A stretch of DNA of 64,000 bases, taken from positions 80,421-144,420 of the IMG/VR virus record IMGVR_UViG_3300022752_000023, one strand, 5' to 3'. This document shows positions 38,924 to 47,944 of the stretch, piece after piece; the stretch's first letter is position 1; each line of letters opens with the position of its first letter. The DNA comes from a virus. The notes beneath the pieces were generated by a model that was given only the letters and a program-made list of their open reading frames with translations, did no database searches and was not told the DNA's origin. The position numbers and the translations under genes are program-made.

Positions 38924-39006
38924 TAAATTTACGTGTGTGCGGTAGGGCGTTCAGGTCGTAGTATACACAACTACGGGTTTGCAAAAAAAACACCCTTTGA
39001 AAATTC

Positions 39007-39717
39007 TTAACAAGACAATAAATCCGATGCCTTGAAGACAATCCGCTTTAGGCGCGGCGCATACGGCTGGAGCGACCAAGCTTCCTCGGCAACGTATGCA
39101 ACAGTCACAGGGACGGCATATCCCTGAGCGACCTCTTGAACTTCTCCTATGCCGCCTACTTCGGCGACGTAAAAGCGAAACAAATCCATTTGCTCTCGGA
39201 TCAGCGGCGAGAAGTTGATTAAAAACTTCAACACCTCTGTCGCGAGAAATTCGGTTTCAGCGCCGGCAGAACTTAGGCAGTATATGGTGTGGCTGCCTTC
39301 CCACATGCCGGCGTAACTTACTTCTCCAGTATAGAGGTTCGCGCCTGCAATGTCACCAATAGTTTGTTTTTGCCAGCGCCACCCATTTCGTTTAATAAGT
39401 ATGGCCGGCCGTTTGTCCGCCGTGTTGGGCGACCACCGGGTAATACTTTCTATCAAAATCCCGCCTTTGTTGTCGCCGGCGTCGGCTGGGCGCCACGCGC
39501 CAAGCGTTTCTACGTGCCGCCGAATACGCGGTTCTTCTATATTTTGCGGGTCGGCGAAGTGGCCCATTAATAGCTGGCGTAAAAACCCAGTCATTACGTG
39601 CGGGCGCATCCCGTACGAACAGAGCGAACTAACCTTGTCGACACGGTTTTCCGGCTTGCTGCCCGCCGGAAATTGCGCCTCAATGTCCGGCGGATTCGGA
39701 TCGTCGCAGGTACTCAC
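39007..39717 (-). CDS. Tail terminator/completion protein
   Basis: KRPAILIKR motif; position between neck and sheath. Confidence 0.55.
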   Translation of the reverse strand: MSTCDDPNPPDIEAQFPAGSKPENRVDKVSSLCSYGMRPHVMTGFLRQLLMGHFADPQNIEEPRIRRHVETLGAWRPADAGDNKGGILIESITRWSPNTADKRPAILIKRNGWRWQKQTIGDIAGANLYTGEVSYAGMWEGSHTIYCLSSAGAETEFLATEVLKFLINFSPLIREQMDLFRFYVAEVGGIGEVQEVAQGYAVPVTVAYVAEEAWSLQPYAPRLKRIVFKASDLLSC

Positions 39718-39831
39718 TGAGTTGTTCCTTTACCTTTTGGTCGTACACCTTGGCCGGAGCAGACAAATTTATCTTTGGCGGCGACAGCCTAATTTTGTCG
39801 AGTTTTGGTTCCGCAGGATTTTTGTTTGCCA

Positions 39832-41145
39832 TTAGATATCCCAAAAACCATCTGGAGCGTTTTGCGGCGCGGGGTTATTTTCGCATACCGTAAAGTCGCC
39901 GTCGGTTGCTAATTTTTTATCGTCTTCGGTCATAATCAAAAATAAGTTGCCGGTTGTGGCTGCCGCCAACGGCAACGTCGGTACCCACTCGCACGTTTGC
40001 GGCGGGGCAGTGGAGATAACGTTAACAAAATCAACATTTGGACCGTACTCACCTAACTTCTCGTATACGATAGCATAATTGCCGGGGTCTAGCGCGATAG
40101 ACTGCGCCCATCGCCCGTTCGCGGTAGTCGACGTAACGCCTAGCGCAAGATTTTTGGGCGTGTCAAAACCACTAACGTCAAATACGTCTTTGGCGTAAAT
40201 ATGAATTGTGGCTCCGTGAATCGGACACCCGTCTTCGGTTTTGTAAACAAACCTATCGTTACCACCGTAGTTTTGATCTACCGGTACGGCACCGCAGCCC
40301 TCGATGGGTAGTGTGGGTCCGGTGCGTTCCGCGGGTTCGCCGCCAACTTCAATCGCGTATGCCGTATTGCTGAACGGCAACAGACCCATTTTGATCTGAT
40401 AGACGAGCGGCACGTTACGAATAGCGGCGGCAATTTGAATTGTTTCTACCAGCCAGCGTTCGTCGCTAGAGCCGTTGACCCAGATGTCGTTTTTGTTAAT
40501 AGCCGGAAAACCGATGACGCGCGCAGTGATGTACGGATTTTCTCGCGTGATTCCTTTTAATTGCGCGTCGACGCCTTCTTGAATTGTCTGCGTCGAGAGA
40601 TCCCAGCACTGCAACGCCAACGGTGGATGATAGCCGACTTCAAAACCGGTGCCGTTGCAAACCGGGCAATCCGAGTCGAGCACTTCTTGCGTTAGCTGGT
40701 CGCGGCAGCGGGTGCACGGCTTACCGAATCGAAACGGCTTTAACAGGTAACCCGGCACCGCGACGTATTTAAACCGCAGCTGTTCTTTACGGATAATTTC
40801 GCGCGCAATCACCCAGTCTTTTTCTGGAAGATCGCCGTAACAATTTGCGGCCTGTGAAACGTAAACACTAGTCGGCGTTGTTAAAACAACGCGATAGTGA
40901 TCAAGCAAATCGTATCCGGCTTCGCGCCAGTCAGAATCGTAGGCGTTGTAGCCGTTGACCACTGGCGGGCCGATGTTCACCCAGTCAGCCGAGTCCCGAA
41001 GACCCGTTTTGCCGAGCTGCAGTTGAAAGACGTACGGTCCCGGATCGTTAAACGTACGCTCTAGCTGCCACCAAACACGGGTAGTGCCGCGAACCATATG
41101 ATCCACGGACACGCGGCGAAACGGAAAAATGCGGGACTGTGGCAT
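39832..41145 (-). CDS. Neck/head-closure protein with zinc finger and C-terminal Cna-B/prealbumin-like domain
   Basis: CTRC...CPVCNGTGF.GY; GATIHIY...TTANGRW...LDPGNY. Confidence 0.6.
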   Translation of the reverse strand: MPQSRIFPFRRVSVDHMVRGTTRVWWQLERTFNDPGPYVFQLQLGKTGLRDSADWVNIGPPVVNGYNAYDSDWREAGYDLLDHYRVVLTTPTSVYVSQAANCYGDLPEKDWVIAREIIRKEQLRFKYVAVPGYLLKPFRFGKPCTRCRDQLTQEVLDSDCPVCNGTGFEVGYHPPLALQCWDLSTQTIQEGVDAQLKGITRENPYITARVIGFPAINKNDIWVNGSSDERWLVETIQIAAAIRNVPLVYQIKMGLLPFSNTAYAIEVGGEPAERTGPTLPIEGCGAVPVDQNYGGNDRFVYKTEDGCPIHGATIHIYAKDVFDVSGFDTPKNLALGVTSTTANGRWAQSIALDPGNYAIVYEKLGEYGPNVDFVNVISTAPPQTCEWVPTLPLAAATTGNLFLIMTEDDKKLATDGDFTVCENNPAPQNAPDGFWDI

Positions 41146-41197
41146 TGATGTTTTGAGCGGTTTGACCTAAAAAACTTGTGTAAATGCCAACATCTTA

Positions 41198-42190
41198 TCA
41201 ATAGCGAATCCGCAGCGCGTCGGTATAAGCCGAGTACTTATACGTAGACGACACCTCGCCGTAGCCACCTTCGAGGTTAATACTGGCCTTCGTGGCGCGT
41301 ACCCACTCGCGATACGCCTGCCACCGTGCCTGCCCCGCGCGCTCATAGCTCGCTTCTTTGTTCTGATCGTTCACAGACAGCCCCGCCGCCGAATAGTCGA
41401 ACTGGTTGCGGCGGAATTGCTCAGCCACCATCATGAATAGGTTGGCGCAGATCCCCTCCAGCCAGTGATATCTAAACGGAAAAGACTGCGTGTTGTATAC
41501 GGCGTCGATCGGCGGCGGGACTTCGTTCCAGTACATGACAGGGCGCGCAATCGCCAGCGCAATCTCGGCGTCGTCAAACATTAAGTTATCAAGCAAAAAG
41601 CTCTCGCCCGGAGCCGAGTCCCGAAGATGTAGCCGAATCTCCGCAATGCTGGGCGGACCTCCGGGTTGATTAACGCTGGAGAACGTACTGCGCGCAATCA
41701 CCACAGAAAACGTGTTCGAAAAGATCACGCACGGCTGATTACTGCTTTGCGCCGGAACGCTTACAAGCGCCATCTCGCCGTAATAGACACCCGGCACGCT
41801 CGTGGCGTTACTGGACAATGCAACGGCTACTTTGCCGGTTTCCGGCGCTACGATTGTGGCTTCCACCTCGACCGGCGGATTTTGGTTGCCCAGAGAAAGC
41901 TGTTCTTTCAGGCGCAACACGACTTTGAAGTCTTGCGCATTCGTGCAGGCCGTAAGGCTGACCGGCCGGCCTTCGCGGTCGTGCATTGTCCACTCGATCG
42001 TGGCGCACTGACCCTGCGTCAGCGTAATAGCGCGCATCCGCGTTAGGATCGGCTGACCATTGATGCCCGAGATTGGGGCGCTAACTACGTTCTGCCCGCC
42101 GCACGAAACTGGCGTAATTGCTTGTCCGTTTGTATTGCCGTTGCAACACGGCACAATCGGGTGTTCGGCGGGTGTGGCGATGACGACCAT
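41198..42190 (-). CDS. Head-tail adaptor/neck protein with N-terminal BppU-like domain
   Basis: ETGKV.V.L....T..PGVYYGE; IRL.LRD..P..N.L.D, WN..PP, RNQ..YSA.G. Confidence 0.65.
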   Translation of the reverse strand: MVVIATPAEHPIVPCCNGNTNGQAITPVSCGGQNVVSAPISGINGQPILTRMRAITLTQGQCATIEWTMHDREGRPVSLTACTNAQDFKVVLRLKEQLSLGNQNPPVEVEATIVAPETGKVAVALSSNATSVPGVYYGEMALVSVPAQSSNQPCVIFSNTFSVVIARSTFSSVNQPGGPPSIAEIRLHLRDSAPGESFLLDNLMFDDAEIALAIARPVMYWNEVPPPIDAVYNTQSFPFRYHWLEGICANLFMMVAEQFRRNQFDYSAAGLSVNDQNKEASYERAGQARWQAYREWVRATKASINLEGGYGEVSSTYKYSAYTDALRIRY

Positions 42191-42218
42191 GTGAACCTCC
42201 GTGTTACACCGTCATTAT

Positions 42219-42256
42219 AAAGAAAAACGGCTGGCCGCTTACGCAGCCAGCCGTTT
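42219..42256 (-). terminator. Rho-independent terminator after the capsid cluster
   Basis: AAACGGCTGGCTGC-GTAA-GCGGCCAGCCGTTT then TTCTTT (GNRA loop, U tract). Confidence 0.85.
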
Positions 42257-42282
42257 AGAGAGAAGTCAGAAGAGGTTAAAGC

Positions 42283-42618
42283 TCAGTCCCAACCTTCGGG
42301 GCTCTTTGTGCCCAGAGTGTCTTCGCTGAGTTTCACCTGATCGATGCTGCCGTCGTCTTCGTCGGTGAGGTAAACGGCCGGCGACTTGGTGATAACCAGC
42401 GTGCCCTGCTCAAGCGCGTTTTCGAGCGCTTTGAAGGGCCGCTGGCTGCCGCGACCACCCTTATAAGACGCGTTAGCGCCGAGGGCCGCGACGAGATCGC
42501 CGGGGACGGTGTACGTCTCGTTGTTTTCGAGTCGCTTGCCGTGCGCACCGAGGAAGCCGAACACTCGGGCGGCGCCCGAAGTGTTCTTAACTGTCGTGTA
42601 TAAACCGGGTACTGCCAT
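42283..42618 (-). CDS. Small virion protein (hypothetical)
   Basis: Within capsid cluster, GGAG SD, strongly biased codons. Confidence 0.7.
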   Translation of the reverse strand: MAVPGLYTTVKNTSGAARVFGFLGAHGKRLENNETYTVPGDLVAALGANASYKGGRGSQRPFKALENALEQGTLVITKSPAVYLTDEDDGSIDQVKLSEDTLGTKSPEGWD

Positions 42619-42637
42619 TGTTAGTTACTCCATTTCT

Positions 42638-43027
42638 TCAGGATGCGCTTTGCAGAGCCGCGGCAGCAGCAGCTTGCAGCGTCAGAACAGCCTGCGCAAT
42701 CGCAGGTTGATCCGCCGCTACGCTCGCTACGTCGCCGTAAGCAGCCGCCTTTTCACCAGTGCCGCCAAAGCCCGCGGCGGCAAGCATCTCGTCCAGCTGC
42801 TGGTTGGCAGCCGAGAGCGAGGAAGCTTGCGCAGCCGCGACCTTTTCTTGCTCCGCCGTGTAGAGCACATGAAGCTTGGAAGCAGCAGACCACATTTCAG
42901 CGGCCTCGCTCTCCGAACGCGGCTGGATGCCGTGCGCGGCAAGCTTCTCGAAGAAATACGGCGCGGCAAGTTCCGACACAATTGTGGCGTATGCTTGCTC
43001 AGCCGCTTCTTTAACAGTATCAGACAT
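42638..43027 (-). CDS. Ala-rich head-internal protein with K-x-A motifs
   Basis: KEAA, KLAA, KVAA, KAAA; AAGGAG SD. Confidence 0.75.
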   Translation of the reverse strand: MSDTVKEAAEQAYATIVSELAAPYFFEKLAAHGIQPRSESEAAEMWSAASKLHVLYTAEQEKVAAAQASSLSAANQQLDEMLAAAGFGGTGEKAAAYGDVASVAADQPAIAQAVLTLQAAAAAALQSAS

Positions 43028-43061
43028 AACGTGCTCCTTTGGGTTTAATTCCTACACGGCA

Positions 43062-43988
43062 TCACTTGAAGTTAACGCGAGCCAGACCGTTGGTATGGCC
43101 GAACGAGCCACCCGAAGTCTGATAGGCGAAGTACTCAAGCATGTAAGCTTCACGACGGATGTACATCGTGGTGGGCTCCAGCTCGTAGTTCTTGCCGATG
43201 AACTTCGGCGACGCGAACATGAACAGCGAATCATCGGGGACAAGATCGCGCTTGATCGTGACGATCCAGCGGCAGTTGAGGAAGTTAGTCTCCGCCCAAC
43301 CGTTCTTGATGATGTCCTGCGAAAAGTCGCCGCCCATTTCGTCACGGCCGAACTTGAGGAGTTCCTTGATCGTGATGTTATTCACGAGGCAGGTTTCAAC
43401 CTCGAAGTGCGACGGCGTGCGGGGCATGACCTTCAGCGCGTCAACAAGGGTCTCACGGGTGATGCCGCCCGAGATCTCCTCGTACTGCACAACGCCGCTG
43501 GCGACGTTGGCAACACCCGGAGTCGGGAGCACGGCGTTGAAGGCGGCAATAAACTTGCCGTCCTCTTCAGCCAGCATGTCCTTGATCATGTTGTCGCTGA
43601 GGACCTGACGGATGTCGATCACGTACGTACGCAGCTCGTCGACGTCCTTCACAGCGCGGGGCGACACGATCCGGTCAAACATGACGCGGTAGCGCGGGCC
43701 ACGGATGTAGAAGTTAATCGGGAGCGTCGCAAACGGAAGCGACACAGCCGCTGGGGAATCGGGCTCCTTGTCCACAACCTTGACGGGCTTGTCAGTGTCA
43801 ACCTGACGGTCAAGCTCGTCGTTGGTGATGGTCAGCGGCGGCATAATCCGCCGGTAGAACCCGTCTTCACGCATTTTGGTGCGCGTGAAGTCGTTAACCG
43901 CGTCGATGGCCTGCTTCTGCATGCCGGGGGTGTCAAGCTGCTCAAAGAGCGTTTCGTTGAGCAGTTGGATCTCTTGCTGAGTGGGCAT
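43062..43988 (-). CDS. Major capsid protein (HK97 fold)
   Basis: R.KMREDGF.RRI.PP, DELRTY.IDIR, EEDGKFI; follows protease, scaffold and decoration; start likely MPTQQ (GGAGG SD). Confidence 0.85.
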   Translation of the reverse strand: MPTQQEIQLLNETLFEQLDTPGMQKQAIDAVNDFTRTKMREDGFYRRIMPPLTITNDELDRQVDTDKPVKVVDKEPDSPAAVSLPFATLPINFYIRGPRYRVMFDRIVSPRAVKDVDELRTYVIDIRQVLSDNMIKDMLAEEDGKFIAAFNAVLPTPGVANVASGVVQYEEISGGITRETLVDALKVMPRTPSHFEVETCLVNNITIKELLKFGRDEMGGDFSQDIIKNGWAETNFLNCRWIVTIKRDLVPDDSLFMFASPKFIGKNYELEPTTMYIRREAYMLEYFAYQTSGGSFGHTNGLARVNFK

Positions 43989-43992
43989 TTTG

Positions 43993-44008
43993 GGAACCTC
44001 CATGTTCC
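43993..44008 (-). promoter_or_regulatory. CsrA/RsmA-type hairpin on the MCP SD (GGAAC-AUGGAG-GUUCC)
   Basis: 5-bp stem, ANGGAN hexaloop. Confidence 0.65.
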
Positions 44009-44027
44009 TTAATTAGTTAGGGATAGG

Positions 44028-44606
44028 TCAGTCGATTGTGGCCGCAGTGCCCGCCGGCAGGTACACGCACCAGAAGGAAAGCGTGTCCACGCCATTGTGG
44101 TTCTTCGACGCGCCACTCGAAACAACACCGCAAACCGGGTTTACGTACTGCACGGCGTTGGCCTTCGTCAGCACACCCTCAACGGCAGCGCCGCCAGTGG
44201 TGGGAGCAGTCAGAAGATCACCGGGGTTGTACGTCACCGCGCTACCGCCGGACGTCTTCACGTACTCGGTGGTGGCGATTTCATAACCACCGGTCGCAAC
44301 AAGACCAGACAGCTTGCCCGAGGGCGAAACCGCTTGGTGCATGAAGTTACCGGCCGCTGTGGTACCCGGATTGCTGACGTCAGCATCCGTCGAACCGTTC
44401 AGCAAGAAGATCGCGACGCCCGTGGCCGACAGACCCGGAACGAACACGTCCTTACCGCCCTCTTTGGCGAGCGTTACGACGCGACCGCGCGGGACATCAT
44501 ACGTGACTGTGCTCGCCAGCTTGGCCGAGTAGTCAAGGGACGCCATATCGAACCAGCCCTTTTTAACGTCAAGGCCGTGTTCAAACATAAGATCAGGAGC
44601 AGGCAT
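44028..44606 (-). CDS. Capsid decoration/cement protein
   Basis: Immediately upstream of MCP; YE..TTEY......YNPGDLLT...G.L.......VCGVVS beta-tulip-like pattern. Confidence 0.65.
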   Translation of the reverse strand: MPAPDLMFEHGLDVKKGWFDMASLDYSAKLASTVTYDVPRGRVVTLAKEGGKDVFVPGLSATGVAIFLLNGSTDADVSNPGTTAAGNFMHQAVSPSGKLSGLVATGGYEIATTEYVKTSGGSAVTYNPGDLLTAPTTGGAAVEGVLTKANAVQYVNPVCGVVSSGASKNHNGVDTLSFWCVYLPAGTAATID

Positions 44607-44661
44607 TGTTAGACCTCCGTGTCTTTCTCAATTGGAAACGTGTTCCGTAGGGGGGACGAAC

Positions 44662-45087
44662 TCAGGTAGTGGGCGGGTTAAGACCAAGGCCCGTAAACAG
44701 CTTTACGTCGGAAGCCTTGAGGCGACCATCGCGGGCACCCACATACCCGCTCGTCAGACTGGTCGTCGGGTCGTAGCTGGCGGCCTTTGTGGCAACCGGC
44801 GTACCCAGACGAGCCATTTCAGCTGCGTTTTTATGCGCAGCTAATTTGATAACAAGTTCCATCGTGCGCACCGGATCTTGCAGGGCGGCGGCAAGCGCCT
44901 CCTTCTGGTGCGCCTCGATCCGCTCGTTTTCCACGCACGCCTTGACGGCTTCGGGGATCAGGTGAGCCAGCTTTTCGCTGACTTCAACCTGCGCCTTTTC
45001 GGCGGCGGCGGCTTTGGTCATCGCCGCATCGGAATAACCGATGTAGTCGATGATCTTATGTACGAGCGCGTTATTTTCGGTAGACAT
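44662..45087 (-). CDS. Head-internal protein with K-x-A motifs
   Basis: KAAA, KLAH, KEAL, KLAA, KNAA, KAAS. Confidence 0.75.
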   Translation of the reverse strand: MSTENNALVHKIIDYIGYSDAAMTKAAAAEKAQVEVSEKLAHLIPEAVKACVENERIEAHQKEALAAALQDPVRTMELVIKLAAHKNAAEMARLGTPVATKAASYDPTTSLTSGYVGARDGRLKASDVKLFTGLGLNPPTT

Positions 45088-45103
45088 TAAAACCTCCGTG
45101 TGA

Positions 45104-46441
45104 TCAACGATTCACGAGTTCGAGAACGTGCTGCTTCATCATGTCCCGCAGCTGGCGCGAACGCTTTGTGCGGGCTTCTTTAACTTGGAACCTGCCAGCA
45201 CGCTTAAAGTTTACAACAGCGCGACCGATGGCGTCTAAATCTTTAGCGGCAGCCATCTTCGGTTCTTCCATCGGCGGAGCAGCTTCAGGGGCGGGAGCGC
45301 CACCAGCAGCGTCGCCGCCGTCGGCGCCAGACAGCGCCTGCAGCAGAGCTTCCGGCGGAATGCCAAGTTCTTCTAACGCCATCGCCAGCTCTTGCACGGC
45401 CTCGTCTTCCGACGGTTCGCCGCCGCCTACAGCAGCCGGGTCCATATCGCCGCCGCCTTCGGCGCCCATCATGGCTTCGAGCCCGGCGGGCGCGGCGTCA
45501 GCAGCCGGAGCGTCGCTGGCGCCAGAAGCAGCGTCTTCCGGCGCGGAGTGGTCCTCGCCTTCAGTGGCCTCTTCGGTCGGATCAGCGGCCGCGGCTTTGG
45601 AATTCAGAAAACCGATGAACAGGTCAGCCATCTCGTCGGCTTCGCGAATCGTGTTAGCGCACACCTCACGAACAGACGCCTCAGCGGCTTCTTTGTTCAT
45701 GCCGAGCTGCGCAGCAAGCTCGTAGCCAGCCTTGAACGCGGCAGCCTTACCCTCGCGAAGAGCAGCAAGATCAGAACCCTCGATCTTGCCGTTATCGTTT
45801 ACGTCGAGCTTGTGCTGGTCGCCTTTGAGGTTGCTGCCGGCGTGCTCGCTTTTCTCTTCAGCGGGGGTTTCTTTTTTTTCTTCGGCCTTTTCTTTCAGAA
45901 AAGCCGGCATCTCAGCCGCCTTCTCGTTGTTCAGTTTGCTAGTGCCGAAGTTAATGAGGTTGGCCAGAATGTCGTTACCAAGGGTGCCGGCACGTTCGCG
46001 GGCTTCCTTGAACGTAACCGAGCTGTACTTCTCGCCGTCATTGGCCTTGACCGGCGACGACGTGCCCGGGTCATCCTTATCACCCTTGAAATCTTTTTCA
46101 TTGGCCGGATCTTCGCCGGTCGCTTTGGCAGAGACACCGATGTTCGTCTGCACTTCGTCTTGACGACCTTCTTGCGACATCTCCGGTGTGTTGTCTACAG
46201 CAAGAGCGCCCTGCTGCTTCTTGATGTCAGCCTCATACTCGCTTGCGCGCGCACCAGTCGAAGCGTTCTGCACGCCATTGTCGGCGCTAGTCGTCGGGTG
46301 CGAGGAGGCGCCTTGGTATCCGCCCGGATCAGCAGGCACGGGGCCGGCAGACTTCTCAGCCGCAGTCTTTACAGGACTCTGCGCAATCTCAGCGGCAAGA
46401 GCATTAAGTTGATCGAACAGTGAACGTTGCATCCGTGCCAT
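45104..46441 (-). CDS. Capsid scaffolding protein
   Basis: Acidic, Ala/Gly/Pro-rich and disordered; between protease and MCP; many K-x-A sites. Confidence 0.65.
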   Translation of the reverse strand: MARMQRSLFDQLNALAAEIAQSPVKTAAEKSAGPVPADPGGYQGASSHPTTSADNGVQNASTGARASEYEADIKKQQGALAVDNTPEMSQEGRQDEVQTNIGVSAKATGEDPANEKDFKGDKDDPGTSSPVKANDGEKYSSVTFKEARERAGTLGNDILANLINFGTSKLNNEKAAEMPAFLKEKAEEKKETPAEEKSEHAGSNLKGDQHKLDVNDNGKIEGSDLAALREGKAAAFKAGYELAAQLGMNKEAAEASVREVCANTIREADEMADLFIGFLNSKAAAADPTEEATEGEDHSAPEDAASGASDAPAADAAPAGLEAMMGAEGGGDMDPAAVGGGEPSEDEAVQELAMALEELGIPPEALLQALSGADGGDAAGGAPAPEAAPPMEEPKMAAAKDLDAIGRAVVNFKRAGRFQVKEARTKRSRQLRDMMKQHVLELVNR

Positions 46442-46459
46442 GACTTTCTCCTTTGGGGT

Positions 46460-46477
46460 CTAATCGTTTCCGATTAG
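46460..46477 (-). other. GNRA-capped hairpin in the scaffold leader (CUAAUCG-GAAA-CGAUUAG)
   Basis: Perfect 7-bp stem in the short intergenic gap. Confidence 0.6.
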
Positions 46478-46484
46478 CTTCCGT

Positions 46485-47942
46485 TCATGTGACATAATTT
46501 TGCAATACACAGTGGTTTGCTGTCAACCAATTGTTTCCGTATTTCTCGCAGATGGCGGCATAAGCAGCGATCTTATACAACGCGTAATGTTGCGCAAGAG
46601 CTGTTTCTGCTTTTCCACTCGCTTGCTTGTCGGACGGAAACTCAATTGCCCGCGCGTTACGAAGTGCAGCTAAGTATGCACGCTTCTCAACGTTGACGGG
46701 TAATACGCTATGTGTGTGTGCTACCTTTTCAGCCCACACGCGCGCACTTTGCGGCGCCGCATCAGCTGGAAAGTATACATTGTTTTCAAGCAGCGTGACG
46801 ACATCAGCGTCGTTGGCTAACTTTGAAAACACGTTAGGCAGCGCATACGCAACTGCACTAACAAGTGTGGCGTTAGCTGACTTAACTGTCAACGCTAAAA
46901 AATCTCGCAGCGGCAAGATTACTCCAGCGTCAGCCAGTCCGCGTAACACCTCCGCCATTTTAACAGACGGAGCGTTATTTGTATCAATAGGCGGTTGAAC
47001 TTCCCCGGCGCTAGCCAGAGCGGCCTGTGTCCAGTTGCTACCGGCGCCTGCATCCTTCTCCGCCTGCGCAAGCTGGGTTAACGCCTCAAGCTGCAGTTGA
47101 ACGCGGGCCGCCGGGGTGCGCCCTAGGTCAAAGCCAAGCGGCGCAGTAATACCAAGCTGTTCGGCGAGTTCGGCCCCGGAAACGCAACTATTCGAGGCGG
47201 CCTTTTGCAACTGACCAGACACGTAGGCAATGCGATCGGCCGGGCGGAATACGTGGCTGATATCAAAAAACGTGGGATTAGGGTTATCGGCGTGAAGTAC
47301 GTGTCCGTCTTCCAGCACCCGACCCATGTTGTGCTTTAAACCGCCAGCTTTGCAGTGACCGCCGTTCTCGATAGAGTCGCAATACTCGGCGCGCGTTTTG
47401 GCCGAATTGCCGCACGACGAGCACTTGTCAAACGGGATCTTGCACGCCATCGAAACGGCGATTTCTTTATCGTTGGCCAGTTTTTCGAGTTCTTTATCCG
47501 CAATCAGGCCGCCATTTCGGTCTGCCGCTTCTTTCGAGCCGTTTAGCGCCACAACCAGCTCGATACGCTTCATGGGTTCGTGGTATGCACTGGCCTTTAC
47601 AATACCGAAACTTTTGGCCGGGTTCTTGTTGGCATGGTCACGGTAAAAGCGCGCAAATTTTTCAAACGTCTGGTGGTAGTTCCTGCAGCAATCACGCGTA
47701 AAACCGTCGCCGTTACGGTTCGGGCCGTAATCTTCCGTGGCGCCAATCGCAATCATGTGAACCGGCACTTCGTCCTTGGCAAACTTGATATTTTCAAGCT
47801 TGTGCGCAAACTCAGCCCCGGCGCGTTTCACAAGTTCTTGCTTGTCGGTGCCGATAATGCCGCGGCTCGATACTTTGATCAGCGCGGCAACCGGTTCGCT
47901 AAAGTCTTGCGAGTGCGGCTGGATAACTTTGATCATGCTCAT
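46485..47942 (-). CDS. Prohead maturation protease (HK97/assemblin-type) with zinc-finger insert
   Basis: GPNRNGDGF, FYRDH.N (putative catalytic His), VSMAC (putative catalytic Ser), CSSCG...YC, FFDIS.V.RPAD. Confidence 0.75.
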   Translation of the reverse strand: MSMIKVIQPHSQDFSEPVAALIKVSSRGIIGTDKQELVKRAGAEFAHKLENIKFAKDEVPVHMIAIGATEDYGPNRNGDGFTRDCCRNYHQTFEKFARFYRDHANKNPAKSFGIVKASAYHEPMKRIELVVALNGSKEAADRNGGLIADKELEKLANDKEIAVSMACKIPFDKCSSCGNSAKTRAEYCDSIENGGHCKAGGLKHNMGRVLEDGHVLHADNPNPTFFDISHVFRPADRIAYVSGQLQKAASNSCVSGAELAEQLGITAPLGFDLGRTPAARVQLQLEALTQLAQAEKDAGAGSNWTQAALASAGEVQPPIDTNNAPSVKMAEVLRGLADAGVILPLRDFLALTVKSANATLVSAVAYALPNVFSKLANDADVVTLLENNVYFPADAAPQSARVWAEKVAHTHSVLPVNVEKRAYLAALRNARAIEFPSDKQASGKAETALAQHYALYKIAAYAAICEKYGNNWLTANHCVLQNYVT

Positions 47943-47944
47943 GT

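Noticed and set aside
36013-38961. 982-aa plus-strand ORF antisense to the tail sheath
   Set aside because: It is in codon register with the sheath; highly expressed genes avoiding TTA/CTA/TCA codons leave the antisense frame open. No recognisable motifs.
42876-46423. Long plus-strand ORFs opposite MCP, decoration and scaffold
   Set aside because: Same codon-bias shadow effect
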